Of a DNA stretch of 64,000 bases, positions 37,160-46,410 are shown piece after piece. The stretch is from NCBI GenBank assembly GCA_963676565.1, contig OY781089.1, positions 2,592,001 to 2,656,000 on the forward strand, read 5' to 3'. The notes below the pieces were generated by a model. It was given only the letters and a program-made list of their open reading frames with translations, ran no database searches and was not told where the DNA came from. The stretch comes from Halarcobacter sp. (GTDB taxonomy: Bacteria; Campylobacterota; Campylobacteria; Campylobacterales; Arcobacteraceae). Both the position numbers and the translations under genes were made by a program. Numbering within the stretch: the first letter of the stretch is position 1; the number at the start of each line of letters is the position of its first letter.

Positions 37160-38419
37160 ATGGATACTAATAAAGTAAATGAGATTGTAAAAGAGACTTT
37201 AATAAGTCTTCATAAAAAGAATATTCTAGCAACACCAAATGAATACCATAAAGAGTTTTGCAAAATTTCTAATGTGTATGATTTTACTGTTGAAGAGTGT
37301 GAACAATTCAAAAAACTTGTTAAAAAATTAAGTAGAAATGAACAACTGGAAATAAAATCAAAAAATATTACAACTATTGAAGATATGATTCCAATATTAC
37401 TTAATAGAATTTCTAAAGAAAATATTAACAACCTTGCACTTCTTTTTAATAACTCTTTAAAACCCTCAATTAGTATTGATATAGACAAAGACTTAGAAAA
37501 ATTTACTATAAAAATTGGTGATTCACCAGCATTGTTATTTGAAGATGATATTCAAAAAGAGATGCAAGACTTTATCACAAAAAGATTTGAAGCTGATAAA
37601 AATGTTGTAAAACAAAAAACATCAGAGATTGCAAAACTATTAACCTTGATGGGACAATATTTTAGTGATGCTATTCATAGTAGTGATAAAGGCTCAAATG
37701 AAGTTTCAAATATCAAATCTAAAATTCAATCTATAGATATGAAAGATGGTATGCAAAGCCTTAGTGACTTGCAAAGTCAATTAATTGATGCCGCTAAATC
37801 TATTGAAAATGAGATGTCAAATGTAGGAGAAAAGTTAAATTCTGGTAAATCAAAAGTTGAAACTTTAGAACAAAAAGTGAAAAAATTAGAAGTAGAATTA
37901 GAAAAAACAAGAAAACAAAGTTTGATAGACCACTTAACAGGTGTTTTAAGTAGAGGAGCATACGAAAACGCCGTAAAAAAAATAGAAAATACTTTTATGA
38001 GAAATAATACTCAATATGCAATTGTTTTCTTTGATCTAGACCACTTTAAAAAAGTTAATGACACATACGGTCATGATGCTGGAGATATTATTTTATCTAC
38101 CTTTGCAAAAGTTTTGAGTAAAAACACTAGAGAACTTGATATTGTTGGAAGATATGGTGGGGAAGAGTTTGTTGCAATTATCCATTTTAATCTAAAAAGA
38201 GAACTTTTAAAATATCTAAAAAGAATCAAAGCAATTATAAAAGATAATGACTTTATATATAAGAATCAAAAGATACATTTAACTTTTTCTGCTGGTGTTT
38301 CAATTAGAAATAATCATAATAGCTATGATAGCACTATTCAAAAAGCAGATATGCTTTTATATGAAGCAAAAGAAACAGGTAGAGATAAGATTATACTGGA
38401 GGATGGTACTATAATTTAA
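37160..38419 (+). CDS. Diguanylate cyclase (GGDEF)
   Basis: DHLTG, DLDHFKKVNDTYGH, RELD I-site, RYGGEEF. Confidence 0.92.
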   Translation: MDTNKVNEIVKETLISLHKKNILATPNEYHKEFCKISNVYDFTVEECEQFKKLVKKLSRNEQLEIKSKNITTIEDMIPILLNRISKENINNLALLFNNSLKPSISIDIDKDLEKFTIKIGDSPALLFEDDIQKEMQDFITKRFEADKNVVKQKTSEIAKLLTLMGQYFSDAIHSSDKGSNEVSNIKSKIQSIDMKDGMQSLSDLQSQLIDAAKSIENEMSNVGEKLNSGKSKVETLEQKVKKLEVELEKTRKQSLIDHLTGVLSRGAYENAVKKIENTFMRNNTQYAIVFFDLDHFKKVNDTYGHDAGDIILSTFAKVLSKNTRELDIVGRYGGEEFVAIIHFNLKRELLKYLKRIKAIIKDNDFIYKNQKIHLTFSAGVSIRNNHNSYDSTIQKADMLLYEAKETGRDKIILEDGTII

Positions 38420-38428
38420 GGAGTCCCT

Positions 38429-38857
38429 ATGAAAGCCTTATTAATGTTTTTGGTTGTTGGTTTTTTTTCTAACTTATTGGCTATTGAAAGTTCAGGTTTT
38501 ATAAAAAAACTGACAGGTGAGGCGATTATAAAAAGAGATAACAAAACTATTATAGTAAAAACTGGAGTTAAAATATACCCAAAAGATATAATCATTACAA
38601 AAAACAACAGCTCTGTTGGGATTATATTTAAAGATAATACTCTAATCTCCCTTGGAAAAAATACTGAATTTATTATTGAAGAATATAAATTTAATCCAGA
38701 AGAAAAACACGAAGCTTTTATATCAAGAATTACAAAAGGAACACTATCCTGTTTAACAGGATTAATGCCAAAATTAAATCCTGATGCTATGAAAATAAAA
38801 GCAAAAACAGCTTCTATAGGTATAAGAGGTACACATTTTTTAATTAGCGTAGACTAA
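38429..38857 (+). CDS. Stand-alone FecR-domain protein
   Basis: Signal peptide, FKDNTLISLG, TASIGIRGT. Confidence 0.8.
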   Translation: MKALLMFLVVGFFSNLLAIESSGFIKKLTGEAIIKRDNKTIIVKTGVKIYPKDIIITKNNSSVGIIFKDNTLISLGKNTEFIIEEYKFNPEEKHEAFISRITKGTLSCLTGLMPKLNPDAMKIKAKTASIGIRGTHFLISVD

Positions 38858-38867
38858 AAGGGTATTT

Positions 38868-39443
38868 ATGAAAATTTTTATTACTATTATTTTACCATTA
38901 TTCTTTTTTACAGCCTGTTCAAAAGTAAACGTTGTCCTACTTCCAGAAGATGGAGATAAAATTGGGAAAATAGAGATCCAAAATGAAGACAAAAAATTTG
39001 TTATAGATAAACCATTTGAGCAAGTAAATGCTATTGATGGAGACTCATCAATTCTAACCAAAGAAGAGGTTCAAGAAAAGTTTAAAGACTCAATTGCAGC
39101 ACTACCTAAAAAACCAAAAAGTTATCTAATCTATTTTGAATGGGATTCAACAAAAGTTGTTCCAAAATCAAAAAAAGAAATTAAGAAAATCATCGAAAAT
39201 ATAAAAAAAGAAAACACAAACTATATACATATTATTGGTCATACTGATAGAGCAGGAGATAACCAATACAATAAAAAATTATCACTAAAAAGAGCAAACT
39301 ATATTAAAAAAATACTTATTAAAAACAAAATACCAAAAGAGATAATTGAAATAGACTATTATGGAGAATCTGCACCTTTAGTCAAAACACGAGATGACGT
39401 GCCAAGAAAAATAAATAGAAGAGTAGAAGTAACTGTAAAATAA
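38868..39443 (+). CDS. OmpA-family lipoprotein
   Basis: Lipobox FTAC, IGHTDRAG, NKKLSLKRA, NRRVEV. Confidence 0.88.
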   Translation: MKIFITIILPLFFFTACSKVNVVLLPEDGDKIGKIEIQNEDKKFVIDKPFEQVNAIDGDSSILTKEEVQEKFKDSIAALPKKPKSYLIYFEWDSTKVVPKSKKEIKKIIENIKKENTNYIHIIGHTDRAGDNQYNKKLSLKRANYIKKILIKNKIPKEIIEIDYYGESAPLVKTRDDVPRKINRRVEVTVK

Positions 39444-39555
39444 TATTAAAGACTAAATAAGTTTCTCTTGTCCAATTCTATATAGGGGAAGAAACACTTT
39501 AAATAAGTACTTGTAGAAGTTATATAATTAAAAGTGTCCTATTATGTGTACATAT

Positions 39556-40215
39556 TTACTTAAAGTTCCTAATTACACGATATGTAATACTACTATTATT
39601 TGCATTTATAACTTCAATCAAAGCACCTTTATAACCAATAGTTTTTGACTCTGATAAATCATATTCTACATCATTATTAAAAGCTGGTCTTGCTCTATTA
39701 TTAGAAAACTCTCTATAACTTATATTAATTTTATTACCTACCTTTCCACTATATATTAATGTTTGTTGAAAAGATTTTCCTCTTTCTGAAACTTTTTCTA
39801 CTAATTCCCAATCACCATCATAACAAGCAGTACCACCAAATACTGTTACAACACATAATTGCTTTTTGTCAGTTTTCTGCAAGGCTAAAGATTCAAAAGG
39901 GTCAAATATAGCTCCACGAACAACTCCTGTAGGGTTGAAAAATAAATATTTATCATCATAACCAATTGGTGGATAATATTTAGGTGGAATATCATATGCA
40001 ACTCCATCAATTAATTGGTTTACTCTTAAGCCTTTTTCTTGATAAACAACTCCTTTTTCCAACAAATGGTCACCTATAAATGCAGTAACTTCATTATTAA
40101 GTTTAGGATAGTTTACATTTTTTACAACAGATGCACCTCCATTATACTTTGTACTTGCACAACCACTAAATAAAATAACAAATCCTATTGACATTAATAT
40201 CCATATTCTTTTCAT
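39556..40215 (-). CDS. Lipoprotein (element cargo)
   Basis: Lipobox FSGC. Confidence 0.75.
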   Translation of the reverse strand: MKRIWILMSIGFVILFSGCASTKYNGGASVVKNVNYPKLNNEVTAFIGDHLLEKGVVYQEKGLRVNQLIDGVAYDIPPKYYPPIGYDDKYLFFNPTGVVRGAIFDPFESLALQKTDKKQLCVVTVFGGTACYDGDWELVEKVSERGKSFQQTLIYSGKVGNKINISYREFSNNRARPAFNNDVEYDLSESKTIGYKGALIEVINANNSSITYRVIRNFK

Positions 40216-40261
40216 AGTAATCCCCTTATAATATAAAAGTTTATCAAAAAAAAATGAAATG

Positions 40262-40516
40262 TTAATTAATATACTTATAAAAGTTATTATTCTTTATTAT
40301 TGAATTTAGCTCTTTTTGTTTTCTCAATAAAATATCTAACTCTTTCATTAAACCATGCAAAACTAAATCATTCTTAAGTGCATTCATTTTTGACTTTTCT
40401 TTACCCTCTTTTGTTTTAGCTCCAGTAGATTTTAACCACGGTTTATGTTTATGTATTTCTTCTCTTGCTTTCTGTTTTGCTTCATCATTCCAAGCTAACT
40501 TATGATATTTACTCAT
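40262..40516 (-). CDS. Small basic protein with PW-x-x-STG-x-KT-x-EGK motif
   Basis: KPWLKSTGAKTKEGKEKSKMNALK, resembling the HGGxSTG-related motif. Confidence 0.65.
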   Translation of the reverse strand: MSKYHKLAWNDEAKQKAREEIHKHKPWLKSTGAKTKEGKEKSKMNALKNDLVLHGLMKELDILLRKQKELNSIIKNNNFYKYIN

Positions 40517-41327
40517 TAAGTGCCTTTTCTTTTAAAGTTGTGACTTCTACCTCATCATTTGTTTTATCCTCTATAAGCTTAGTTTCATTTTGTAGTTCGT
40601 TTTCTTTTTCTATTTTTTTTGGTGAATTTTGATGAAGATGATTATGTTGTGAAGCTTCTTTTATAAATGTTGTTCTTTTAGGATTAACTATCTCATTAAT
40701 TGCCATAATGCTCTTTCTTGTCTCTTGCATAACTTTTATCTGCATATTAGATAACCTTTCAAAATTAACTATTTGTTTTCCTGCTTCACCAGTTATATTA
40801 TTAGTAATGGTGCTATTAAAAACTTGAAGTTGCAACACATTAGTTGTAAGTATAGTAATTAAATGAGAAGTATCACCCTCTTTTACTTTCTTTACCATTT
40901 CCAAAATATCATCACCTAAAATTTGTTGTGAAATTGGTATATCTTTGTTTGGATTTTGATTTAATATATTAATCATTCCACTATATAAAGGATTACTCAT
41001 TTGTTTTGTTGCGTGTTTCTCTGCATCATTCTTTTTTTGTTTAGCTTCTTGAATATCCTCTTTATACTGTTCTTTCCATTGGATACATTGACTTAAACTA
41101 ATTTCATAGCTTTCTATGATTTCCTTATCACTAATACCACTTGAAGATAAATAAATATAGTTTTTTATCAAACCTCTTTCATAAGCTCTTAAAATTTGTT
41201 CATCTTTTTTTAATCTTTTTGAGATACTTAATTCTTCAAATAGTTCATCTAAGCTATACTGGTCTTGTGCATAATCTTCTATATCTTGTAACATTTCATC
41301 TGTGATTTTATATCTTCCCATTATCAT
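40509..41327 (-). CDS. Hypothetical protein (element)
   Basis: 272-aa ORF overlapping the next gene. Confidence 0.7.
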   Translation of the reverse strand: MIMGRYKITDEMLQDIEDYAQDQYSLDELFEELSISKRLKKDEQILRAYERGLIKNYIYLSSSGISDKEIIESYEISLSQCIQWKEQYKEDIQEAKQKKNDAEKHATKQMSNPLYSGMINILNQNPNKDIPISQQILGDDILEMVKKVKEGDTSHLITILTTNVLQLQVFNSTITNNITGEAGKQIVNFERLSNMQIKVMQETRKSIMAINEIVNPKRTTFIKEASQHNHLHQNSPKKIEKENELQNETKLIEDKTNDEVEVTTLKEKALNE

Positions 41328-41390
41328 TTCCTTTTTTAAAAAGTGTAAAATTAGCTATTGCATATATTAAACCAATACTTTTTATTTTTT

Positions 41391-42290
41391 TCATACTCTA
41401 TACCCTCCTATATATCGTCGTTCTGTTAAAAGTGTAAAGTTAGCTATTACATTATGGTACTTATACTCATAAGCTAAAAGATGGCTATACAAATATACAT
41501 ATGAAACAAAAAAAAGAGGAAGAATAGAAAAAATGCTTTCTTTTATTAGCTTTGTTACTGTTGGTCTTGATAAATTTAGTTCCTCTGCTATTGCCTTTAT
41601 ATTTGGTTTTCCATTTAGCTTTATATAACTACCTTCATTTATCAACTTTAATATCATTCTTGTATTTTGTTGTTTCTGCTTCTTCATTTGCTTCCCTCTC
41701 ATTTCTCCACCTTTCTTATATGCCTTTTTTAACTCAATAGGTGTTAGTTGTTGTTTTAAATTGTTTTTGTTCTTTAAAATAAAGCTATATACTCTATTTG
41801 ACATATTTAATAACTCTTTATAGCTATATGGTTTATTTAATTTGTCATTTATCTTATGTCCTGCATATATAATCATTTCAAGTGATAATATTTTGTGGTA
41901 GTACAAATTTTTTGCATAGATACATAGTCTTTGATACATATCTTTTTTATTTTGCGCAAATAGTATTATTGGATATTTTGTATTTATTGATTTATAGTGA
42001 TTTGATAAGTCATCTAAAGAGTATTTTTTGTATTCAACCTCATCAATATCTGTACTTTCTACAAATTCAAAATTTACTTTTATATGATGTTTCATTGAGT
42101 GCTTTATATTTGCTAACCATTTAAGCTGTTTAGGTGAACTTATAGAGTGTTTTAGTTCATAAGTAATACAAACATAGCCTTGATGATTAAACTTCGTTAG
42201 AGTCTTTATATGAGTTGGTATTAATAAAGAGTATGCAACCTTTTCATAATCATTAAAAAGAAATTGTAACGATATTTTATTTAGTTGCAT
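41391..42290 (-). CDS. Putative replication protein with C-terminal HTH
   Basis: Basic KAYKKGGEMRGK helix followed by HTH IKAIAEELNLSRPTVTKL; position in the element. Confidence 0.5.
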   Translation of the reverse strand: MQLNKISLQFLFNDYEKVAYSLLIPTHIKTLTKFNHQGYVCITYELKHSISSPKQLKWLANIKHSMKHHIKVNFEFVESTDIDEVEYKKYSLDDLSNHYKSINTKYPIILFAQNKKDMYQRLCIYAKNLYYHKILSLEMIIYAGHKINDKLNKPYSYKELLNMSNRVYSFILKNKNNLKQQLTPIELKKAYKKGGEMRGKQMKKQKQQNTRMILKLINEGSYIKLNGKPNIKAIAEELNLSRPTVTKLIKESIFSILPLFFVSYVYLYSHLLAYEYKYHNVIANFTLLTERRYIGGYRV

Positions 42291-42304
42291 ACTACTATTT
42301 AAAC

Positions 42305-42589
42305 CTATTTTCTAACTAACTTTTTCTTAGGTTTATTAACTTCTCTAAAATCCAAGTGAGGATTTTCTTCAAGTAGTTTATTTTTCATTCTACTAACTGC
42401 AACACTATTACTTATAGTCTCAAAAGTTAAATCTTCAACTTTAGTTTTTGGATTAAACTCCATTAAATACTGTTTTATAATTGCAGGATTTCCAATATCT
42501 CCACCAAATAAAAAAGGGTCATCTTCTATCTTTGAAAATGTCCACTTTTTAATATCATTGTCAATTGCATTTACATAATTCTTTTTCAT
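42305..42589 (-). CDS. Hypothetical protein (element)
   Basis: 94-aa ORF with AAGGA RBS. Confidence 0.65.
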   Translation of the reverse strand: MKKNYVNAIDNDIKKWTFSKIEDDPFLFGGDIGNPAIIKQYLMEFNPKTKVEDLTFETISNSVAVSRMKNKLLEENPHLDFREVNKPKKKLVRK

Positions 42590-42772
42590 AATCTTCCTTT
42601 TTTAGGCATTACTTTATTGACCCATTATTTCAGAGCAACCTTTTTTTACTTCACTATTTAAAACTTTGTTGAATAAAACAAATTATGATAGAATTCTATT
42701 GCGATATAGCCTTATCAATTTGATTATTCATTTTGATAGGGTTTTAACTACTATTCATTTTATTACCTCCTT

Positions 42773-42985
42773 TTATAGATTTACTTTTACTGTTCTATCT
42801 TCTAAGTATCTGATTAATTCAGTTCTTGAAACATGAAGTTTGTTTCCAATTTTTACTGCTTCAAGTTTTCCATTGTAGATTAGTTTTTTTGCTGTTGGGG
42901 TTTTTATAATATGGTAGTCTTGTAGTTGTGCTAAATTAAATAACACACCTTTTGGGATTATGTTGTTATAGTCTGTTATTGCCAT
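42773..42985 (-). CDS. Excisionase-like small HTH protein
   Basis: 70 aa, TAKKLIYNGKLEAVKIGNKLHVSRTELIRYLE (HTH_17/Xis-like); AGGAG RBS. Confidence 0.75.
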   Translation of the reverse strand: MAITDYNNIIPKGVLFNLAQLQDYHIIKTPTAKKLIYNGKLEAVKIGNKLHVSRTELIRYLEDRTVKVNL

Positions 42986-43115
42986 TATAATTACTCCTAT
43001 ATGGTTATAAGTGTAAGTATAATATATATTTAGAAGTTTGGTATATTACATTTTTATAAAAATATTGATCTTTTGTATTGTTATATATTATGTATTAAGA
43101 AGTAAAAATATATAC

Positions 43116-44225
43116 CTAAAAAAAACTCTGAAGTTTTGATTGGAAGTCTTTAAATATTTTAGGTTTTAGTTCTAAAGGAGTTAGTGTTTCAAAATATTTA
43201 TTCATTGTAGCTTTAGAGACATCAAAATCCGTAGCTGATTTAATATATGAAGTTATTTTACTTGTTTCAATATTAAGTACAATTGATAGAGGTTTAAAAA
43301 TCATAAGTTTATGACAAGTTTTTGGAATAGAACAAATTTCTATTTTTTTTGATAATAATTTTATATGTCTTTCATTACCTTCATATCTTTTTAATACTTC
43401 TAAATCTTTTTTATACTCATTAATCTCTGTTCTACTTATATTACTTAGAAAAAGATAATGAGTGTAGCCATCAATCAAAGCATTTGTAAATTCAAAATAA
43501 ATATCCTTATTCTCACCTTCTGGCTTACATATTTTACATTTATATAAAAAACTCATATAATGGTTATTGCTTTTAAGTTGATATTGTCTCTTTTTGCTAT
43601 TGTCAAAAATCATATGTGTTCTATATTTCTCTGCTTCTAAGAAACTTACAACATCGTCTGAATTACTAATTTTACTTACTTCTCTTATTATAAGTTCATA
43701 ACTATTTTCAAGAATTCTTTGATTATCTTTTTGACTATTAACTAATATATTAGAATTAACCTCATGATATATTTCATGCCATAAGTTTATCTCAGCAAAT
43801 GAATGACTATCTAAATTAACAAAAAGTGTACTATAGTCTGTTAATGTATATTTATTCAATGGTATCTCTTTAATATTATCCTCATAGTCATCATATTTAT
43901 CAAAATCTATACTATCACTAAGTACATACTCCTCTTTTAATCTATCAAAAAAATCATCATTTATACAAAATTCAATTCCTGTTGTATCTAAAATATCAAC
44001 ACTATAATCGGAAGAACGACCATACCTTATAAATTCAATTACAGGCTCTATCATTTCAAGTAAATGTTCTTTATACTCATAATTAGTATGATTTACTATA
44101 GTTTGTACAAAATGTTTTTCAAATTTTTTTATTCGAATATCATCGAATATATAGCTTGATACTTCTTCATCAGTGTCAAAATCAATTTCAGTACCATAAA
44201 AAAAATCATCTATATAAAAAGTCAT
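43116..44225 (-). CDS. Hypothetical protein with acidic N-terminus (element)
   Basis: 369-aa ORF directly downstream of the integrase. Confidence 0.65.
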   Translation of the reverse strand: MTFYIDDFFYGTEIDFDTDEEVSSYIFDDIRIKKFEKHFVQTIVNHTNYEYKEHLLEMIEPVIEFIRYGRSSDYSVDILDTTGIEFCINDDFFDRLKEEYVLSDSIDFDKYDDYEDNIKEIPLNKYTLTDYSTLFVNLDSHSFAEINLWHEIYHEVNSNILVNSQKDNQRILENSYELIIREVSKISNSDDVVSFLEAEKYRTHMIFDNSKKRQYQLKSNNHYMSFLYKCKICKPEGENKDIYFEFTNALIDGYTHYLFLSNISRTEINEYKKDLEVLKRYEGNERHIKLLSKKIEICSIPKTCHKLMIFKPLSIVLNIETSKITSYIKSATDFDVSKATMNKYFETLTPLELKPKIFKDFQSKLQSFF

Positions 44226-44234
44226 TCAATATCC

Positions 44235-45476
44235 TTATCTCATTAAACCATTAAAGGCATTAATTGCCCTACTTGCTTGTTCTTTACTTGTTTTAGCGTA
44301 CCTTTGTTCTGTTATAGTGATACTACTATGTCCTAACATTCTACTTATATCTTGTATAGGCACTCCATTTTGCACTAATGTAGTTCCTAACATATGTCTT
44401 ATATCATGTAATCTTAATTTAGGTAAACCTAAAGCCTTTAATATATTTTGAAAATGTACTCTTGGTGTTTCTCTTGTATATGTAAATATCTTGGCTTCAC
44501 TTTTAGAATATAAATCAATATTTCTCAATCTTGATTGACTCTTTAAAGCTTCTAAAATATATTCATCAATTTCAAAATCAAGCTCTTTTTTTCCCTTTGT
44601 ATTTGTAGAGACTATTTTAAAAGAATTTGACTCAAAATTTAAATCACAAAATCTTAAATTTAGTATTTCATTTATTCTTCTTCCAGTCAAAGAAAAAGCA
44701 AATATATTTTTGATTTCTTCATATTGATAAAATACTTCATCACCTATATCAATTCGTGAATATTCTCTTAAAACTTTTATTATCTTCTTTGTATCATCTA
44801 AAGATAAAGTATATTCAACCTTGTTATCAACTTCGGGTAATTCTAAATCATCAAAATCAAGCGATATTTCTTTTTTATATGTTTTAAAAAAAGCCCTTAA
44901 TGTCCTTGCATATAAGGCTACTGTTGCAGGTGCTTTTTTAGAATCTAATAATCTATGAATAATCTTTTGAATATCTTTTATTGTAATAGCTGAAAAATTT
45001 TTATCATGTAATTCTCTTGAGTGAGTTCTTAGTGTAGTTTCATAGTTTTGTAAAGTTGATTTTCTTGCAGATACTTCTTTGTCTTTTAAAAAGTCATCAA
45101 CTTTATCTAAAAATGTTTCTTTTTCTTTTATATCTATTTTATCTATTTTTTTCTTTTTTCGTAGACTTTCACCTGCTTTTAGTTTTTCTTTTATATCAAG
45201 TCTAATAGAGTCTACAATATCAAGTAAGTCTTTGAAGGATTTAACAAAAAGTAGTTCTTTATTTGTCTTTGTTTCATGATAGTTAAAAATGAGATTCTTT
45301 TTACCTCTTTTTCCTTCTATCTTTACTCTAAGTTGTACTTTGATTTCTTTCTTCTTTTTGAGTAATTCATTACCTTGTTTAACTGTTGTTATATCATCTT
45401 TAAAAGTATCATCAAACTCTAAAAACAATCCTACACAATTTCTATTTGTAATATTAATTAATCTAAATTCACTCAT
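44235..45476 (-). CDS. Tyrosine recombinase/integrase
   Basis: Catalytic set TGRRINE (R), KGKK (K), HDIRH, LGHSS, RYAK (Y). Confidence 0.93.
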   Translation of the reverse strand: MSEFRLINITNRNCVGLFLEFDDTFKDDITTVKQGNELLKKKKEIKVQLRVKIEGKRGKKNLIFNYHETKTNKELLFVKSFKDLLDIVDSIRLDIKEKLKAGESLRKKKKIDKIDIKEKETFLDKVDDFLKDKEVSARKSTLQNYETTLRTHSRELHDKNFSAITIKDIQKIIHRLLDSKKAPATVALYARTLRAFFKTYKKEISLDFDDLELPEVDNKVEYTLSLDDTKKIIKVLREYSRIDIGDEVFYQYEEIKNIFAFSLTGRRINEILNLRFCDLNFESNSFKIVSTNTKGKKELDFEIDEYILEALKSQSRLRNIDLYSKSEAKIFTYTRETPRVHFQNILKALGLPKLRLHDIRHMLGTTLVQNGVPIQDISRMLGHSSITITEQRYAKTSKEQASRAINAFNGLMR

Positions 45477-45627
45477 TCTAATATATCCTTAGATAAAAAA
45501 TGTCCTTTAAAGTACCCTTTTTAGTGTCCTAATATTTGATTTATCTATGAATAATCATATCTATTTGTATATATAGTTTAGATTAAAACCACTAATTAAA
45601 GGTACATATAGAAGTATTAGTATATAT

Positions 45628-46410
45628 TTAGATTATCTTTTCCTGACCAATTCTATATAAAGCAAAATCATATTTTATAGGATCTTCTTTATCAAAATGT
45701 TTTAATTTTTCAGTTATATCAATTGCACTTTTTAAATCATAAGTTTTTCTATCTAAAAGCCCTATTCTTTTTGAAACATTAAAAGTATGAGTATCGAGGG
45801 GCAAGATTAAATCTTTTTTATCAATTCCATGCCAAAGACCTAAATCTAGATTATCTTCTCTAATCATCCATCTAAGATACATAAACCATCTTTTATAAGG
45901 TGCATTTCCTATGTGCTTAATCTTTCCATCTTTATCCCTTTTAAATGGGCTTGAAACTAAAAATTTAAATCCTTGTGATTCATAATTTGCTAGCTGATGT
46001 ATTTTTAATATAAGAGCATCTAAAGCTTCTAGTATTGAGTTTGTATCTATATAAGTTTTTTTAAAAATCTCATTTAAACTGTATTCTTGTTTCATATTTC
46101 TAAAGGTTTGAAATATTTTTATAACATCCTCACTATTTTGAAATCTATAATAATGATTAGACAACTCTTTTTTTATAGTATCTTCATTTTTATCAAGTAA
46201 ATCAAAATCTAATGAATCTAAAAACTTAACTATTAAACTAGCTTTTCCATATCCAAACAAAGCACAAAGTAAAATTGCATATTCATCTTTATATCTACTT
46301 GCAACTAACAAAGGATCGGGTTTTTCATAGCTTAGTTCACAGGAAGAGTCTCTACATAAAACCTCTTGGTCTAAAAGTTGTTTTAATTCTAAATCTTTTT
46401 TAGTCATCAT
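45628..46410 (-). CDS. TIGR02757 / DUF2400 family protein
   Basis: KRWFMYLRWMIR, DLGLW, PLDTH, DPIKYDFAL. Confidence 0.85.
   Translation of the reverse strand: MMTKKDLELKQLLDQEVLCRDSSCELSYEKPDPLLVASRYKDEYAILLCALFGYGKASLIVKFLDSLDFDLLDKNEDTIKKELSNHYYRFQNSEDVIKIFQTFRNMKQEYSLNEIFKKTYIDTNSILEALDALILKIHQLANYESQGFKFLVSSPFKRDKDGKIKHIGNAPYKRWFMYLRWMIREDNLDLGLWHGIDKKDLILPLDTHTFNVSKRIGLLDRKTYDLKSAIDITEKLKHFDKEDPIKYDFALYRIGQEKII

Larger units (their letters stand above)
39472..45659 (-). mobile_element. Integrative element (about 6.2 kb; satellite- or integrative-plasmid-like) in the 3' end of a TIGR02757-family gene
   Basis: 13-bp direct repeat CCAATTCTATATA at 39472-39484 and 45647-45659; tyrosine integrase at one end; displaced gene tail at 39453-39484. 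Confidence 0.88.

Noticed and set aside
42700..42772. GGAGG RBS followed by MNSS* and an imperfect hairpin inside the element
   Set aside because: Could be a decayed gene or leader peptide, but four codons and an 11/14 stem are too weak to call.
44235..45476. Tyrosine recombinase as the missing integron integrase
   Set aside because: It lies 26 kb from the array, has its own att repeats and xis-like gene, and I see no IntI-specific insertion before the HxxR motif.
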